Assembly: GCF_053078305.1 (NCBI RefSeq)
Contig: NZ_CP166879.1
Direction: 5' to 3' (one strand)
DNA length: 64,000 nt
Shown: positions 22,044-32,457 of the stretch, one piece after another
Numbering within the stretch: the first letter of the stretch is position 1
How the letters are laid out: each line of letters begins with the position of its first letter
Program-made: the position numbers and the translations under genes
The notes under the pieces: generated by a model
The model's input: only the letters and a program-made list of their open reading frames with translations
The model's database searches: none
Told to the model about the DNA's origin: nothing

Positions 22044-22060
22044 AATGGGCAAACGCTCCC

Positions 22061-25000
22061 TCAGTTAATCGCGAAATAACTGCTATTCACCAGCAAATCC
22101 AGCGGTTGGGCATCGGCAATCACATCACCATAAATCAGATCGACGCCGATGCCAGAAAGCGTATCCATCACTAAGGGTAAAACGACTGGCCCGGCGATGG
22201 TTTTCATCCCGAGTCGCTGAGCGTGCCCCTGAATAATCGTAATCAGCATCTCATCCATCAAATTACCCTGCACGTTGGCGCATAACTCACCATCAAGTAG
22301 CAGATAATCTGCCATATTCGCTTTCAGCGAGTTGAAGATTTGCAGATCGCGGCCCACCTGGCTGAGCACTATCCGACATCCCGCCAGCCGCAGTTTTTGC
22401 ACGCTTTCTGCGTGATCTAAAATCGCTTCAGCCGGAATAATCAGATGTAATAACCGTGGTGGTAGAGGGCTATTTTCCAGCTGCTCAAGCAGATCATTCA
22501 CCAGCGTGGCGCTACTCAAACCGGCAACGGAAAGGGGGAGGGCGATGCTTATGCCTTTACTGGCAACTGCTTTTGCGGCCTGCTGGAAAAATTCGTGGAA
22601 TACCCTGCGGTCAAGAGCATGGCTAAGCGCCGGATCGCTGAAGCTACGACGAAATGTTTGTTCATCAATAATCTCGCCTTCGCAACTCCAGAGCTTAAGT
22701 GAAATCAGCCACAAATTACGCGCTTCCGGGATCCGTGGCGAAGCGACACCGTGGGCGAGCATCATCAACTGATTCTCTTTAATCATCCGCCACTGTTCAT
22801 CAAGCGATATCGCCGCCCGTTCGCTATGTGCGGCAGCTTGCTGCGGTTCGTAAACCGTCACCCGGCCCCGGCCACCATTTTTGGAGGCATAACAGGCGAT
22901 ATCAGCCTGCGACATCACTTCTGCCGCCTGATGATTGTTGTCATCGATCAAGGTAATCCCGGCGCTGGCACCTACCCGATGTACCCGGCCTTCCCATATA
23001 AAGTGATAGTCATTCACAGCACTGATAATACGTGTAGCGATAAAACGAGCGCTTTCAACATTGCAGTCTGGCAGCAGCAGACCAAATTCATCACCGCCGA
23101 GCCGCGCCAGCACGTCACTGGAGCGCAGCATACTCAGCATCAACGACGCCAGTTCGCGCAGCAAAGCGTCGCCCGCCGCATGCCCGGCGCTGTCATTCAC
23201 CGCTTTAAAGCGATCAAGATCGATAAACACCAGTGCATGTCGCTGATGCGTACTGTTTACCGTTTGCAGCAGGATACGCAGTTGTTTCTCAAAACTGGCG
23301 CGGTTGGCGAGATGCGTCAGTGCATCATGGGAGGCGCTGTAGCTCAGCTGGCGCAGCATTTTGCGTGATTCGGTAACGTCCTGAATCACCAGAACCGAAC
23401 CAATATTGCTGCCGTCCAGAGTACTTAACGGCGTAATACTGTAATGCACGTCGTAACTGCCGCCGCTCCGACAGTGCAACACCACATCTTGTTCGATCGC
23501 GGAACGTGAGGTGTCGGCACTGTAAATATTCTCCATTAATGGCCCGTTGTCGCCAAAAGTAATATGCAACACCGTCAGGAGCGGAACACCTAATGCTTCT
23601 TCCTGCGTCCAGCCGCTCATCTTCTCCGCCACTGGATTCATAAAGGTAATTTTCATCGCCATATCAATACAGACCACGGCTTCGCCGATGGAGTCCAGCG
23701 TAATGTGCAGGCGCTCTTTTTCCTGAAACAATGCCTCGTTAAGCTGTTTCACTTCGGTCATATCCATATTGATGCCGAGGAGACGTTCGACTTCGCCTTC
23801 TTTATTCAGTACCCGGTTGGCGAGGGCGCGGATATGGCGGATGCCATCTTTCACGGCAATGCGAAATTCCAGCTTAAAGGGCGAGCGCGATTGCAATGAA
23901 TCGCGAATCACTTTTTCGGCGTGTTGGCGATCTTCCGGCAGCACGCACTCGTACCACACTTGCCAGTTCGGTTTGATATGCGGAGGAATTTCATACAGCT
24001 CGAACATCCGCTTATCCCAGCTAAAAATATTCGGCTTCAGCTCCCACTCCCAGATGCCAATCCCGCCCGCTTCGTTAGCCAGCGTGATGCGTTCCATCAG
24101 TTGCTGATTCACCTGTTCGGTGCGTTTTAGCTCGTTAATGTCTTCAATCTGAGCGATAAAATAGAGCGGCGTGCCATCCGTGTGGCGCACCAGTGAGACG
24201 GCAAGCAACGCCCAGACAACATCGCCATTGCGGTTGTAGTAACGTTTTTCCATTGAATAGGTGTTTATTTCACCGCTTATCAGCTTTTCAACCTGTTGGA
24301 GATCTTTATTGAGATCCTCCGGCCAGGTCAGTTGCTGGAAGGTGAGTCCGCGCAGCTCTTCCTGACTGTAACCGAGAAACTGGCAGAGTGCTTTGTTGGA
24401 TTGCAGCCATTGTCCCTCGGTGCCCACTAACGCCATGCCGATAGCGGAATATTCCATCGCGTTTCGAAAGCGGGTTTCGCTTTCGGAAATGTGTTTGCGT
24501 TCCGCACGAAAGGCATACATCACCATCGTCATGATGTTGGCGGGCAGCAGGATCAGCAAAAACGGTAGCCACGGCATATGGCTCATCAGGTACGTACGCG
24601 GCGTAGCAAGCAGGGAGGGATCCGCGGCCATCATCAGCGACACCATCATCACCGTGGTAAGGAAGATCAAAAAGGCTTCCATTCGTGGCAGGCGCACGGC
24701 GCTCCACATCAACAGCACAATAATGAAAGTAAAAGGCCACGGCAGATACAGCATCGAAAGCCAGCTTAACGTCAGTGTGATGGCTAACGTGAGCAGCGAC
24801 TCAAAAAGCAACCGTGGGTTGCGATGGCGCAGCAGATAGTGTGGTTTAAATAACAATCCCAGCGGCACCAGTGCCAGAGCGCCGATGGATTCTGACAGTA
24901 CCCATATCAAAAATGCCCTGAGAGGATCGTCTCCGGGCGTCAGCAGGACAACCAGAACACCCCCCAACAGAGGTGGAACAATGGCGCTGCCGAGTGCCAG

Positions 25001-25378
25001 ACGCAGCCAGTCAGCCAGATTTTGCAAGGGGTTATACCACGGCAGCAATTTACGTAGCAGCACTGCCCCGACCACGGCTTCAACAATATTGATGGTCGTC
25101 CAGGTCATGTTCAGCGAGCTGGTGGAAAAAAGCAGGATGGATGCGGCGATATTTCCCAGCGAACAGCTCAGCGCAATTCCCGGCCACATGCGCCCGGCAT
25201 GGCGATAAAACGCCACCATCATGATGGACGTCGGGAACCACAGTGGGGCGAGTTGGGTGCCAAACTGCGAAAGCTCAAGCGAGAAAAGGGTAAAGATAAA
25301 CGAGACTAAACCTAAACTGACCAGGTGAAGCAGCGGGTGGGGCAGGGCAATTAATACATGCTGTGATTGTTTGCTCAT
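22061..25378 (-). CDS. dgcE: diguanylate cyclase DgcE (YegE): MASE1-PAS-GGDEF-degenerate EAL
   Basis: 1105-aa ORF; GGDEF motif (RLGGDEFGLL) present. Confidence 0.9.
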   Translation of the reverse strand: MSKQSQHVLIALPHPLLHLVSLGLVSFIFTLFSLELSQFGTQLAPLWFPTSIMMVAFYRHAGRMWPGIALSCSLGNIAASILLFSTSSLNMTWTTINIVEAVVGAVLLRKLLPWYNPLQNLADWLRLALGSAIVPPLLGGVLVVLLTPGDDPLRAFLIWVLSESIGALALVPLGLLFKPHYLLRHRNPRLLFESLLTLAITLTLSWLSMLYLPWPFTFIIVLLMWSAVRLPRMEAFLIFLTTVMMVSLMMAADPSLLATPRTYLMSHMPWLPFLLILLPANIMTMVMYAFRAERKHISESETRFRNAMEYSAIGMALVGTEGQWLQSNKALCQFLGYSQEELRGLTFQQLTWPEDLNKDLQQVEKLISGEINTYSMEKRYYNRNGDVVWALLAVSLVRHTDGTPLYFIAQIEDINELKRTEQVNQQLMERITLANEAGGIGIWEWELKPNIFSWDKRMFELYEIPPHIKPNWQVWYECVLPEDRQHAEKVIRDSLQSRSPFKLEFRIAVKDGIRHIRALANRVLNKEGEVERLLGINMDMTEVKQLNEALFQEKERLHITLDSIGEAVVCIDMAMKITFMNPVAEKMSGWTQEEALGVPLLTVLHITFGDNGPLMENIYSADTSRSAIEQDVVLHCRSGGSYDVHYSITPLSTLDGSNIGSVLVIQDVTESRKMLRQLSYSASHDALTHLANRASFEKQLRILLQTVNSTHQRHALVFIDLDRFKAVNDSAGHAAGDALLRELASLMLSMLRSSDVLARLGGDEFGLLLPDCNVESARFIATRIISAVNDYHFIWEGRVHRVGASAGITLIDDNNHQAAEVMSQADIACYASKNGGRGRVTVYEPQQAAAHSERAAISLDEQWRMIKENQLMMLAHGVASPRIPEARNLWLISLKLWSCEGEIIDEQTFRRSFSDPALSHALDRRVFHEFFQQAAKAVASKGISIALPLSVAGLSSATLVNDLLEQLENSPLPPRLLHLIIPAEAILDHAESVQKLRLAGCRIVLSQVGRDLQIFNSLKANMADYLLLDGELCANVQGNLMDEMLITIIQGHAQRLGMKTIAGPVVLPLVMDTLSGIGVDLIYGDVIADAQPLDLLVNSSYFAIN

Positions 25379-25695
25379 TACCGCTTTATCCGCAAGGCCA
25401 GGTCGCCAGTATTCGTTTCTGTGTTTATGCTAGTACAAAAGTTTTACATTTTATATGCGAATTGCTCATAAAGTGACGTAAAGGCGGATAATTTGCGCAA
25501 CTGCGTATAACATTTTTTACCTTACATAAAACTAATCAACGTAATTTGCCACCGGGAATTCTTTGTCAACAATTAACTCTGAGCGCGCGGCAACGCTATT
25601 CGACTGGTATCAGGCGGATGAAATCCCTATAATTGCCGCGTTTGGCGCTTCGTCGCCCCCTTCCTAACATCCAGGTTAATCAGGTCGCTAAATAT

Positions 25696-26337
25696 ATGAC
25701 TGATCAGTCTCATCAGTGCGTCATTATCGGTATCGCTGGCGCATCGGCTTCCGGCAAGAGTCTTATTGCCAGTACCCTTTATCGTGAATTACGTGAGCAA
25801 GTCGGTGATGAACACATCGGCGTAATTCCCGAAGACTGCTATTACAAAGATCAAAGCCATCTGTCGATGGAAGAACGCGTTAAGACCAACTACGACCATC
25901 CCAGCGCGATGGATCACAGCCTGCTGCTTGAGCATTTACAAGCGTTGAAACGCGGCTCGGCAATTGACCTGCCGGTTTACAGCTATGTTGAACATACGCG
26001 TATGAAAGAAACGGTGACGGTTGAGCCGAAGAAGGTCATCATTCTCGAAGGCATTTTGTTGCTGACGGATGCGCGTTTGCGTGACGAACTTAACTTCTCC
26101 ATTTTCGTTGATACCCCGCTGGATATCTGCCTGATGCGCCGCATCAAGCGTGACGTTAACGAGCGTGGGCGTTCAATGGATTCCGTGATGGCGCAATATC
26201 AAAAAACCGTGCGCCCGATGTTCCTGCAATTCATTGAGCCTTCTAAACAATATGCGGACATTATCGTGCCGCGCGGCGGGAAAAACCGCATCGCGATCGA
26301 TATATTGAAAGCGAAAATAAGTCAGTTCTTTGAATAA
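25696..26337 (+). CDS. udk: uridine/cytidine kinase Udk
   Basis: 213 aa from [22 protein letters not shown] (P-loop); ORF-track frame starts at 25633. Confidence 0.9.
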
Positions 26338-26428
26338 GCTTGATAAATTGTGTACCGTTCAGTGATAACCTGGTATGCCCTTGACGTAATTGGCGTTAAG
26401 GGAGTGATGCGCGAAAGGAGAAAATGCC

Positions 26429-27010
26429 ATGCGTCTGTGTGACCGAGATATTGAAGCCTGGCTTGATGAAGGCCGTTTGTCGATCAACCCACGTCCGCCA
26501 GTGGAGCGTATTAACGGCGCGACGGTGGATGTACGCCTGGGCAATAAATTTCGTACCTTCCGTGGTCACACGGCAGCGTTTATCGATCTGAGCGGTCCCA
26601 AAGATGAAGTGAGCGCCGCGCTTGACCGCGTGATGAGCGATGAGATCGTTCTCGACGAGGGCGAGGCGTTCTATCTTCACCCAGGAGAGCTGGCGCTGGC
26701 GGTGACGCTGGAGTCGGTGACGCTGCCAGCCGATCTGGTGGGCTGGCTGGACGGGCGTTCCTCTTTGGCGCGTCTGGGGCTGATGGTGCACGTCACCGCA
26801 CACCGTATCGATCCGGGCTGGTCTGGCTGCATTGTGCTGGAGTTCTACAACTCCGGTAAGCTGCCGCTGGCGCTGCGTCCGGGCATGTTAATTGGTGCGC
26901 TGAGCTTTGAGCCGCTTTCCGGCCCGGCGGCGCGACCTTACAACCGCCGTGAAGATGCGAAATATCGCAACCAGCAGGGCGCGGTAGCCAGCCGAATCGA
27001 TAAAGACTAA
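26429..27010 (+). CDS. dcd: dCTP deaminase Dcd
   Basis: 193-aa [26 protein letters not shown]... Confidence 0.95.
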
Positions 27011-27031
27011 TTCAGGCCCATTGAGGATACC

Positions 27032-28885
27032 ATGAGACGATTTCTGACGACGCTGATGATACTCCTGGTCGTGCTGGTGGCCGGGTTATCTGCGTTAGTG
27101 TTGCTGGTGAATCCGAATGATTTCCGCGACTATATGGTCAAGCAAGTTGCTGCACGTAGCGGTTATCAATTGCAGCTCGACGGGCCACTGCGTTGGCACG
27201 TCTGGCCGCAGCTTAGTATCCTCTCCGGGCGAATGTCTCTCACCGCCCAGGGCGCGAGCCAGCCACTGGTTCGCGCCGACAACATGCGCCTGGACGTGGC
27301 GCTTTTACCACTACTGAGTCATCAACTGAGCGTTAAGCAGGTGATGCTAAAAGGGGCAGTGATCCAACTGACGCCGCAGACGGAAGCGGTGCGCAGTGAA
27401 GACGCTCCGGTTGCACCGCGCGACAATACCTTGCCGGATCTGTCAGACGATCGCGGATGGTCGTTTGATATATCCAGTCTTAAGGTGGCGGACAGCGTTC
27501 TGGTGTTCCAGCATGAAGATGACGAGCAGGTGACAATCCGCAATATCCGCCTGCAAATGGAACAAGATCCCCAACATCGTGGCTCATTTGAGTTTTCCGG
27601 GCGGGTTAATCGCGATCAGCGCGATCTCACGATATCCCTTAACGGTACGGTAGATGCTTCTGATTATCCGCATGATTTAACGGCGGCTATTGAACAAATT
27701 AACTGGCAGTTGCAGGGTGCAGATTTACCAAAACAAGGTATTCAGGGGCAGGGGAGTTTCCAGGCCCAGTGGCAGGAGTCACATAAACGCCTTTCATTTA
27801 ACCAAATTAGTTTGACCGCCAATGATAGTACGCTGAGCGGGCAAGCACAGGTCACGCTGACAGAGAAACCGGAATGGCAGCTGAGACTGCAATTCCCGCA
27901 ACTGAATCTTGACAACCTCATCCCGCTTAATGAAACCGCGAATGGTGAAAACGGTGCCGCGCAGCAGGGGCAGAGCCAATCAACGTTGCCGCGCCCGGTC
28001 ATTTCTTCGCGTATTGATGAACCGGCCTATCAGGGACTGCAAGGCTTTACGGCTGATATTTTGTTGCAGGCCAGTAACGTGCGCTGGCGCGGAATGAATT
28101 TTACAGATGTTGCCACGCAAATGACCAACAAGTCGGGTTTGCTGGAAATTACTCAACTGCAGGGCAAACTTAACGGTGGACAGGTTTCACTGCCGGGCAC
28201 GCTGGACGCGACATCAATAAATCCGCGGATAAACTTCCAGCCACGGCTGGAAAACGTTGAGATTGGTACCATTCTGAAGGCGTTTAACTATCCGATTTCG
28301 TTGACCGGAAAGATGTCACTGGCTGGTGATTTCTCCGGTGCTGACATAGATGCCGACGCATTCCGCCACAACTGGCAAGGACAGGCACATGTCGAAATGA
28401 CCGACACGCGCATGGAAGGGATGAACTTCCAGCAGATGATTCAGCAAGCGGTAGAACGTAATGGTGGTGATGTGAAGGCCGCTGAAAACTTCGATAACGT
28501 AACGCGTCTTGACCGCTTTACCACCGATTTGACGTTGAAGGATGGCGTCGTGACGTTAAACGACATGCAAGGTCAATCGCCTGTGCTGGCGCTGACAGGG
28601 GAAGGCATGTTGAATCTGGCAGATCAAACCTGCGACACCCAGTTTGATATTCGGGTCGTGGGTGGCTGGAACGGGGAAAGCAAACTGATTGATTTCCTCA
28701 AAGAAACGCCAGTACCGCTGCGGGTTTATGGCAACTGGCAGCAACTCAATTACAGTCTGCAAGTGGATCAGTTACTGCGCAAACATCTACAGGACGAAGC
28801 GAAACGTCGCCTGAATGACTGGGCCGAGCGGAATAAAGATTCCCGCAATGGCAAAGATGTGAAGAAGTTGCTGGAGAAGATGTAG
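27032..28885 (+). CDS. asmA: outer-membrane assembly protein AsmA
   Basis: 617-aa ORF with N-terminal signal anchor. Confidence 0.9.
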   Translation: MRRFLTTLMILLVVLVAGLSALVLLVNPNDFRDYMVKQVAARSGYQLQLDGPLRWHVWPQLSILSGRMSLTAQGASQPLVRADNMRLDVALLPLLSHQLSVKQVMLKGAVIQLTPQTEAVRSEDAPVAPRDNTLPDLSDDRGWSFDISSLKVADSVLVFQHEDDEQVTIRNIRLQMEQDPQHRGSFEFSGRVNRDQRDLTISLNGTVDASDYPHDLTAAIEQINWQLQGADLPKQGIQGQGSFQAQWQESHKRLSFNQISLTANDSTLSGQAQVTLTEKPEWQLRLQFPQLNLDNLIPLNETANGENGAAQQGQSQSTLPRPVISSRIDEPAYQGLQGFTADILLQASNVRWRGMNFTDVATQMTNKSGLLEITQLQGKLNGGQVSLPGTLDATSINPRINFQPRLENVEIGTILKAFNYPISLTGKMSLAGDFSGADIDADAFRHNWQGQAHVEMTDTRMEGMNFQQMIQQAVERNGGDVKAAENFDNVTRLDRFTTDLTLKDGVVTLNDMQGQSPVLALTGEGMLNLADQTCDTQFDIRVVGGWNGESKLIDFLKETPVPLRVYGNWQQLNYSLQVDQLLRKHLQDEAKRRLNDWAERNKDSRNGKDVKKLLEKM

Positions 28886-28904
28886 GTTACCAGGTGACCT
28901 GTCC

Positions 28905-28945
28905 TGTAGGCCTGATAAGACGCGTAAAGCGTCGCATCAGGCGTT
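28905..28945. repeat. REP element
   Basis: GTAGGCCTGATAAGACGCGTAAAGCGTCGCATCAGGC. Confidence 0.6.
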
Positions 28946-29335
28946 CGCGGCGGCACCATTATATTCTGAATATGTAAGATCGAAGGCTGTTCCGTTCACT
29001 TGATGTTCCTCACTACTATGGAACGCTCAAGCCGGTGAACGTGCCAGGGTGGCTCAATCGCCACCACCCTGGCAACCCGGGCTCCCGGCGGTAAATCGCC
29101 GCTGGCGCGGTTCCCTCATCTTATTCCTTTCGGCTATCGGGTATGGGCGCGAGGTAACATCCCTGTAAAACGCGCCCTCAGCCCACATCCATGTGGGCTG
29201 CCCCGGCCTACAGGAAACGATTCGGCGATTTACAGCCGGACCCACCCCCCGCTGTAATGTCCATGTACCACAGACAACGCTTCATTGCTGAAGTTATAAG
29301 GCGTTACGCAGCATCGGGTAAAATGACCGATACCA

Positions 29336-30301
29336 TCACACCTCGTACTCCATCTCGCCATCCTTACGCAGCGGTATAATCTGCACCTTCTGCACGCGAT
29401 GGCTTTCTACCTGCAACGTTTTAAGCAAATAATCCCCCACCTGAACTTCTTCGCCAGGTTTTGGAATACGCTGCAAATATTCCATCAACAGCCCGGCAAT
29501 GGTGTGATATTCACGTTTTTCATCCAGCGGCAGCGGCACATATTGCACCAGATCCTCCAGCGGCATATGACCATTCGCCGTCCAGGAACCGTCCGCATTC
29601 TTCTGAATATCATGGCGGGCGTCGATCTCTTCCACTTCGTTCGGTAAGTTACCGGCAATGGTTTCAGTGACGTCACTTAATGTCACAATCCCTTCCACCG
29701 AGCCAAACTCATCCACCACAAAAGCAAAGTGCGTGCGGGCATTACGGAACTGCTCCAGGGCAGGTAACAACGGCAAGGTTTCCGGGAACACCAGCGGCTG
29801 GCGAATCAACACCCGCAGGTTGAGCGGTTCGCCACGCAGAGACTGTTGTAGCAGGTCGATAACGTGAACAACACCGAGCAAATCTTCTGCGTCATCGCCA
29901 TCAGTAACCACCAGCCGCGTATGCTGATTTCGCTCCAGTAACTGGCGGATCTCGTCTTCCGGCGCGTTGAGATCGATATGCTCAATATCGTGGCGCGACG
30001 TCATAATGCTGCTGACGGTACGCTGGTTAAGATTAAGTACCCGCTCAATCATCCGCCGTTCCTGCGGATTAAAGATCTGCTGGTTACCATGATCCACCAG
30101 CATGGACGCGGTTTCGGCGTCCAGTTCCGCATCTTCTTTTTGCCCGCTAAGCAGGCGCATTACCGCTTCGGTAGTCCGCTGGCGCAGCGTCTGGTTAGCG
30201 GAAAGAAAACGTCGCCGGTTAAAGATAGCCAACTGATTGAGCGCCTCGATCATCACCGAGAAACCAATAGCAGCGTACAGGTAGCCTTTCGGAATGACGA
30301 A
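29336..30301 (-). pseudogene. yegH: yegH (TerC-CBS-CorC membrane protein) 3' fragment, truncated by prophage insertion
   Basis: Frame encodes ...GFVIPKGYLYAAIGFSVMIEALNQ... through C-terminus (~321 aa); upstream of 30301 the frame hits a stop and sequence becomes AT-rich prophage-end DNA. Confidence 0.8.
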
Positions 30302-30429
30302 TATAGCGCGGCGATTTTTTTGATACCGATTTGCATTTCATTTGATACCGCTGAAAAACGCCGATACGCAACTTATTTGATACTAAATCGGCGCTTTTCT
30401 TTTGAGTTTTAGAATGAGTTTTTAAGCGC
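30302..30429. promoter_or_regulatory. prophage terminal region with iterated TTGATACCG-like motifs (candidate transposase-binding end repeats)
   Basis: TTGATACCG at 30322 and 30343, CCGATACGC at ~30361, TTGATACT at ~30385, spaced ~21 bp. Confidence 0.45.
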
Positions 30430-31167
30430 TCATTCACTCTCTTTCAAACCAGTTTTAACTGTTTGTGGTTTTGGGTAAGGCTGGACTTTGAATAGCTTTG
30501 TGTTGAGGCGTTTTCTGGCCCTCTTGTTCAGAAACCGGATGTAACGAAACTGTCGGAACTTATGCACACTGGCTCTGTCGATATTAGCCCTCAGATGTTC
30601 ACCTCGTTGTCCGCCTCGTTTAATGGCATTCCTGCAAATCTCGTGATACCACTCGCCATCAAGTTCATAGAATGTTGATTCATGGCTGCCTACATAATCA
30701 AAATTGCTTGCCTGATACACGACACCAAGACAGCCACAACGCTCATCTGCAAACGACTGAACCCACTGTACCTGCGGATAAAGATGCCTGATTAGCTTGA
30801 GCGCGTAACTGATTGCCCTTGATTCGGAGTTTCTCGGCATACAGTCATGCATCCATAGCCGGTTAAGCTCCATATATTCTCGGTTCTGCGTACCCGTTAC
30901 GACGCGTGCACCACTGTTTGGGTTAAGGGCGTAACCCCATTGCATTACGCCAACAAGTTCCCGTTCTGAAAATATACCCAGATGAAGGTAGGAATTATTT
31001 ACGAAACGGTGGCTGTAATGTTTATTGACGATAACCAGTCTGGCCAGCCAGCAACTTATTGTCTCAACCCGCAACTCACGGGAGCCATAACCAACGATAT
31101 TGTCGTTATAGCGAATAAGTTCAGGCGTGCTGATGATTCGGGATGTGACTTGCTTTCTGTTCCCCAC
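30430..31167 (-). CDS. mom: Mom-like DNA modification protein (call by position and operon context; GTG start)
   Basis: 245-aa ORF last before prophage end, overlapping upstream com-like gene as in Mu com-mom; sequence identity to Mu Mom not verified. Confidence 0.55.
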   Translation of the reverse strand: MGNRKQVTSRIISTPELIRYNDNIVGYGSRELRVETISCWLARLVIVNKHYSHRFVNNSYLHLGIFSERELVGVMQWGYALNPNSGARVVTGTQNREYMELNRLWMHDCMPRNSESRAISYALKLIRHLYPQVQWVQSFADERCGCLGVVYQASNFDYVGSHESTFYELDGEWYHEICRNAIKRGGQRGEHLRANIDRASVHKFRQFRYIRFLNKRARKRLNTKLFKVQPYPKPQTVKTGLKESE

Positions 31168-31321
31168 GACAGGATTTCCTTGTGTATGTGGGGTGCTCTG
31201 TGGCGCTCGGAGATGTGATTTGATTGAGGGTTTTACAGCGCGGACATTTTACTTCCAGATAACTGAAACTGGCCCGTGCCAGTAGCTTATTGCAGTGTCG
31301 GCACCGTATGTTTCGATACAT
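31121..31321 (-). CDS. com: Com-like zinc-finger translational activator (66 aa from internal ATG)
   Basis: [32 protein letters not shown]... resembles Mu Com (C-x2-C...C-x2-C); AGGAGG upstream. Confidence 0.7.
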   Translation of the reverse strand: MYRNIRCRHCNKLLARASFSYLEVKCPRCKTLNQITSPSATEHPTYTRKSCRGEQKASHIPNHQHA

Positions 31322-31368
31322 GGCCGCATAACCTCCTGCTTTGTTGTTGATGTCTTTCTCATGCAATC

Positions 31369-31542
31369 GATCGACAAAAACGATCGATTCGATTTGTTTA
31401 ATTGATACAACAAATAGATTGAAAAGTCATCAATAATGATTCAGGGAGGTGATTATTTACTTAAAGAAAACGAAGAGTTAGGTGGTGAAAATGATCATAA
31501 AATGATCATTTTATTGACTTTTTATACAGTGAAGGTAGGATC
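31369..31542. promoter_or_regulatory. GATC-rich region upstream of com-mom (5 GATC in ~175 bp), candidate Dam/OxyR-controlled promoter
   Basis: GATC at 31369, 31382, 31493, 31504, 31539; 10-bp inverted repeat ATGTAGTATG/CATACTACAT at ~31550-31588. Confidence 0.4.
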
Positions 31543-31730
31543 GCGCGTATATGTAGTATGTTTCAAATCAATGGGATACTACATACATAAAGGGCGACCC
31601 AGATAGCGCGAACTATTCTGGGCCGATTTAGACAATTTTGCATCAATGCTTTACTTCGAGCTCGTGGCGTATCCTATGATATTCCCCGGTCTCCTGTAAA
31701 GCAGAGATGCATAAAAAGGAGATCTTTATC

Positions 31731-31901
31731 ATGGATAAAGAGCCTGTTTGCCCTGCCTGTAAGACTCCCTTACAGCTCATCTATCGCCGTTCTCGATCTC
31801 AAAATGGCAAGACATACAAACCAAAAAATGCTTCCTGTTTCAGGATGCTGATATGTCCTGCCTGTTCTCCCCGGAGGGAAAATACACAAAACGTGCATTA
31901 A
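31731..31901 (+). CDS. small zinc-ribbon protein (56 aa), opposite strand to surrounding phage genes
   Basis: AAAGGAG RBS 7 nt upstream of ATG; MDKEPVCPACKTPL...LICPACSP. Confidence 0.35.
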   Translation: MDKEPVCPACKTPLQLIYRRSRSQNGKTYKPKNASCFRMLICPACSPRRENTQNVH

Positions 31902-31939
31902 CAAATTCACCCGGCAGGGAAACCTGCCGGTCGGTATTG

Positions 31940-32185
31940 TTACATCATAGTACCGTCAGTTCCGGGCTGAACCGGCTCTGGTTGCTCTACGGGTTGAGGC
32001 TCATTTTCCGTGCTGTTTTCAGCCGGAGAACGACCAACCATTCGGGCCAGCACTTCATCAACATATGCGTCGATTTGTGCCTCAAAATCCTTGCGAACCT
32101 GCGCCTTCAGCACGCGGTTCACTTCTTCAGAATAAAGTGCCTGTTTGACAAGCTCTTCAGTAACCGTGCCTTTAATCTCTGGCAT
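31940..32185 (-). CDS. hypothetical 81-aa acidic protein
   Basis: ORF-track entry; no recognisable motif. Confidence 0.4.
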   Translation of the reverse strand: MPEIKGTVTEELVKQALYSEEVNRVLKAQVRKDFEAQIDAYVDEVLARMVGRSPAENSTENEPQPVEQPEPVQPGTDGTMM

Positions 32186-32220
32186 GAATATTCTCCTTTC
32201 CTTTTCTGGTTCACAAAAAA

Positions 32221-32400
32221 TTAAATCTGACCGGAGTCTTTCGGCTGCGGCATTACAGCACCGCTTTTTATCTTTTCCTCGGCAGCTGCATCAATTTTAT
32301 TTCGAAAATAATTGCGAATAATTTTATAACCACCGCTGACAAGCAACAGACAACAAACCACCGTGCAGAAATACAGCAGGCAGACGTTTATATATGTCAT
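32221..32400 (-). CDS. hypothetical small hydrophobic protein (59 aa)
   Basis: My own translation (under 60 aa, not in ORF track): MTYINVCLLYFCTVVCCLLLVSGGYKIIRNYF...; GTGAGG RBS upstream. Confidence 0.3.
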   Translation of the reverse strand: MTYINVCLLYFCTVVCCLLLVSGGYKIIRNYFRNKIDAAAEEKIKSGAVMPQPKDSGQI

Positions 32401-32457
32401 ATAAGCCTCACTCTTATTAACTGATGTTACAGCCGGATAAATTCCCGGCCGTCACGA

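Noticed and set aside
28946-29335. ~390-bp GC-rich, potentially structured intergenic region between asmA and yegH, with short ORFs on both strands
   Set aside because: No recognisable RNA family, RBS or coding signal; could not distinguish from ordinary convergent-gene spacer with REP-like sequence.
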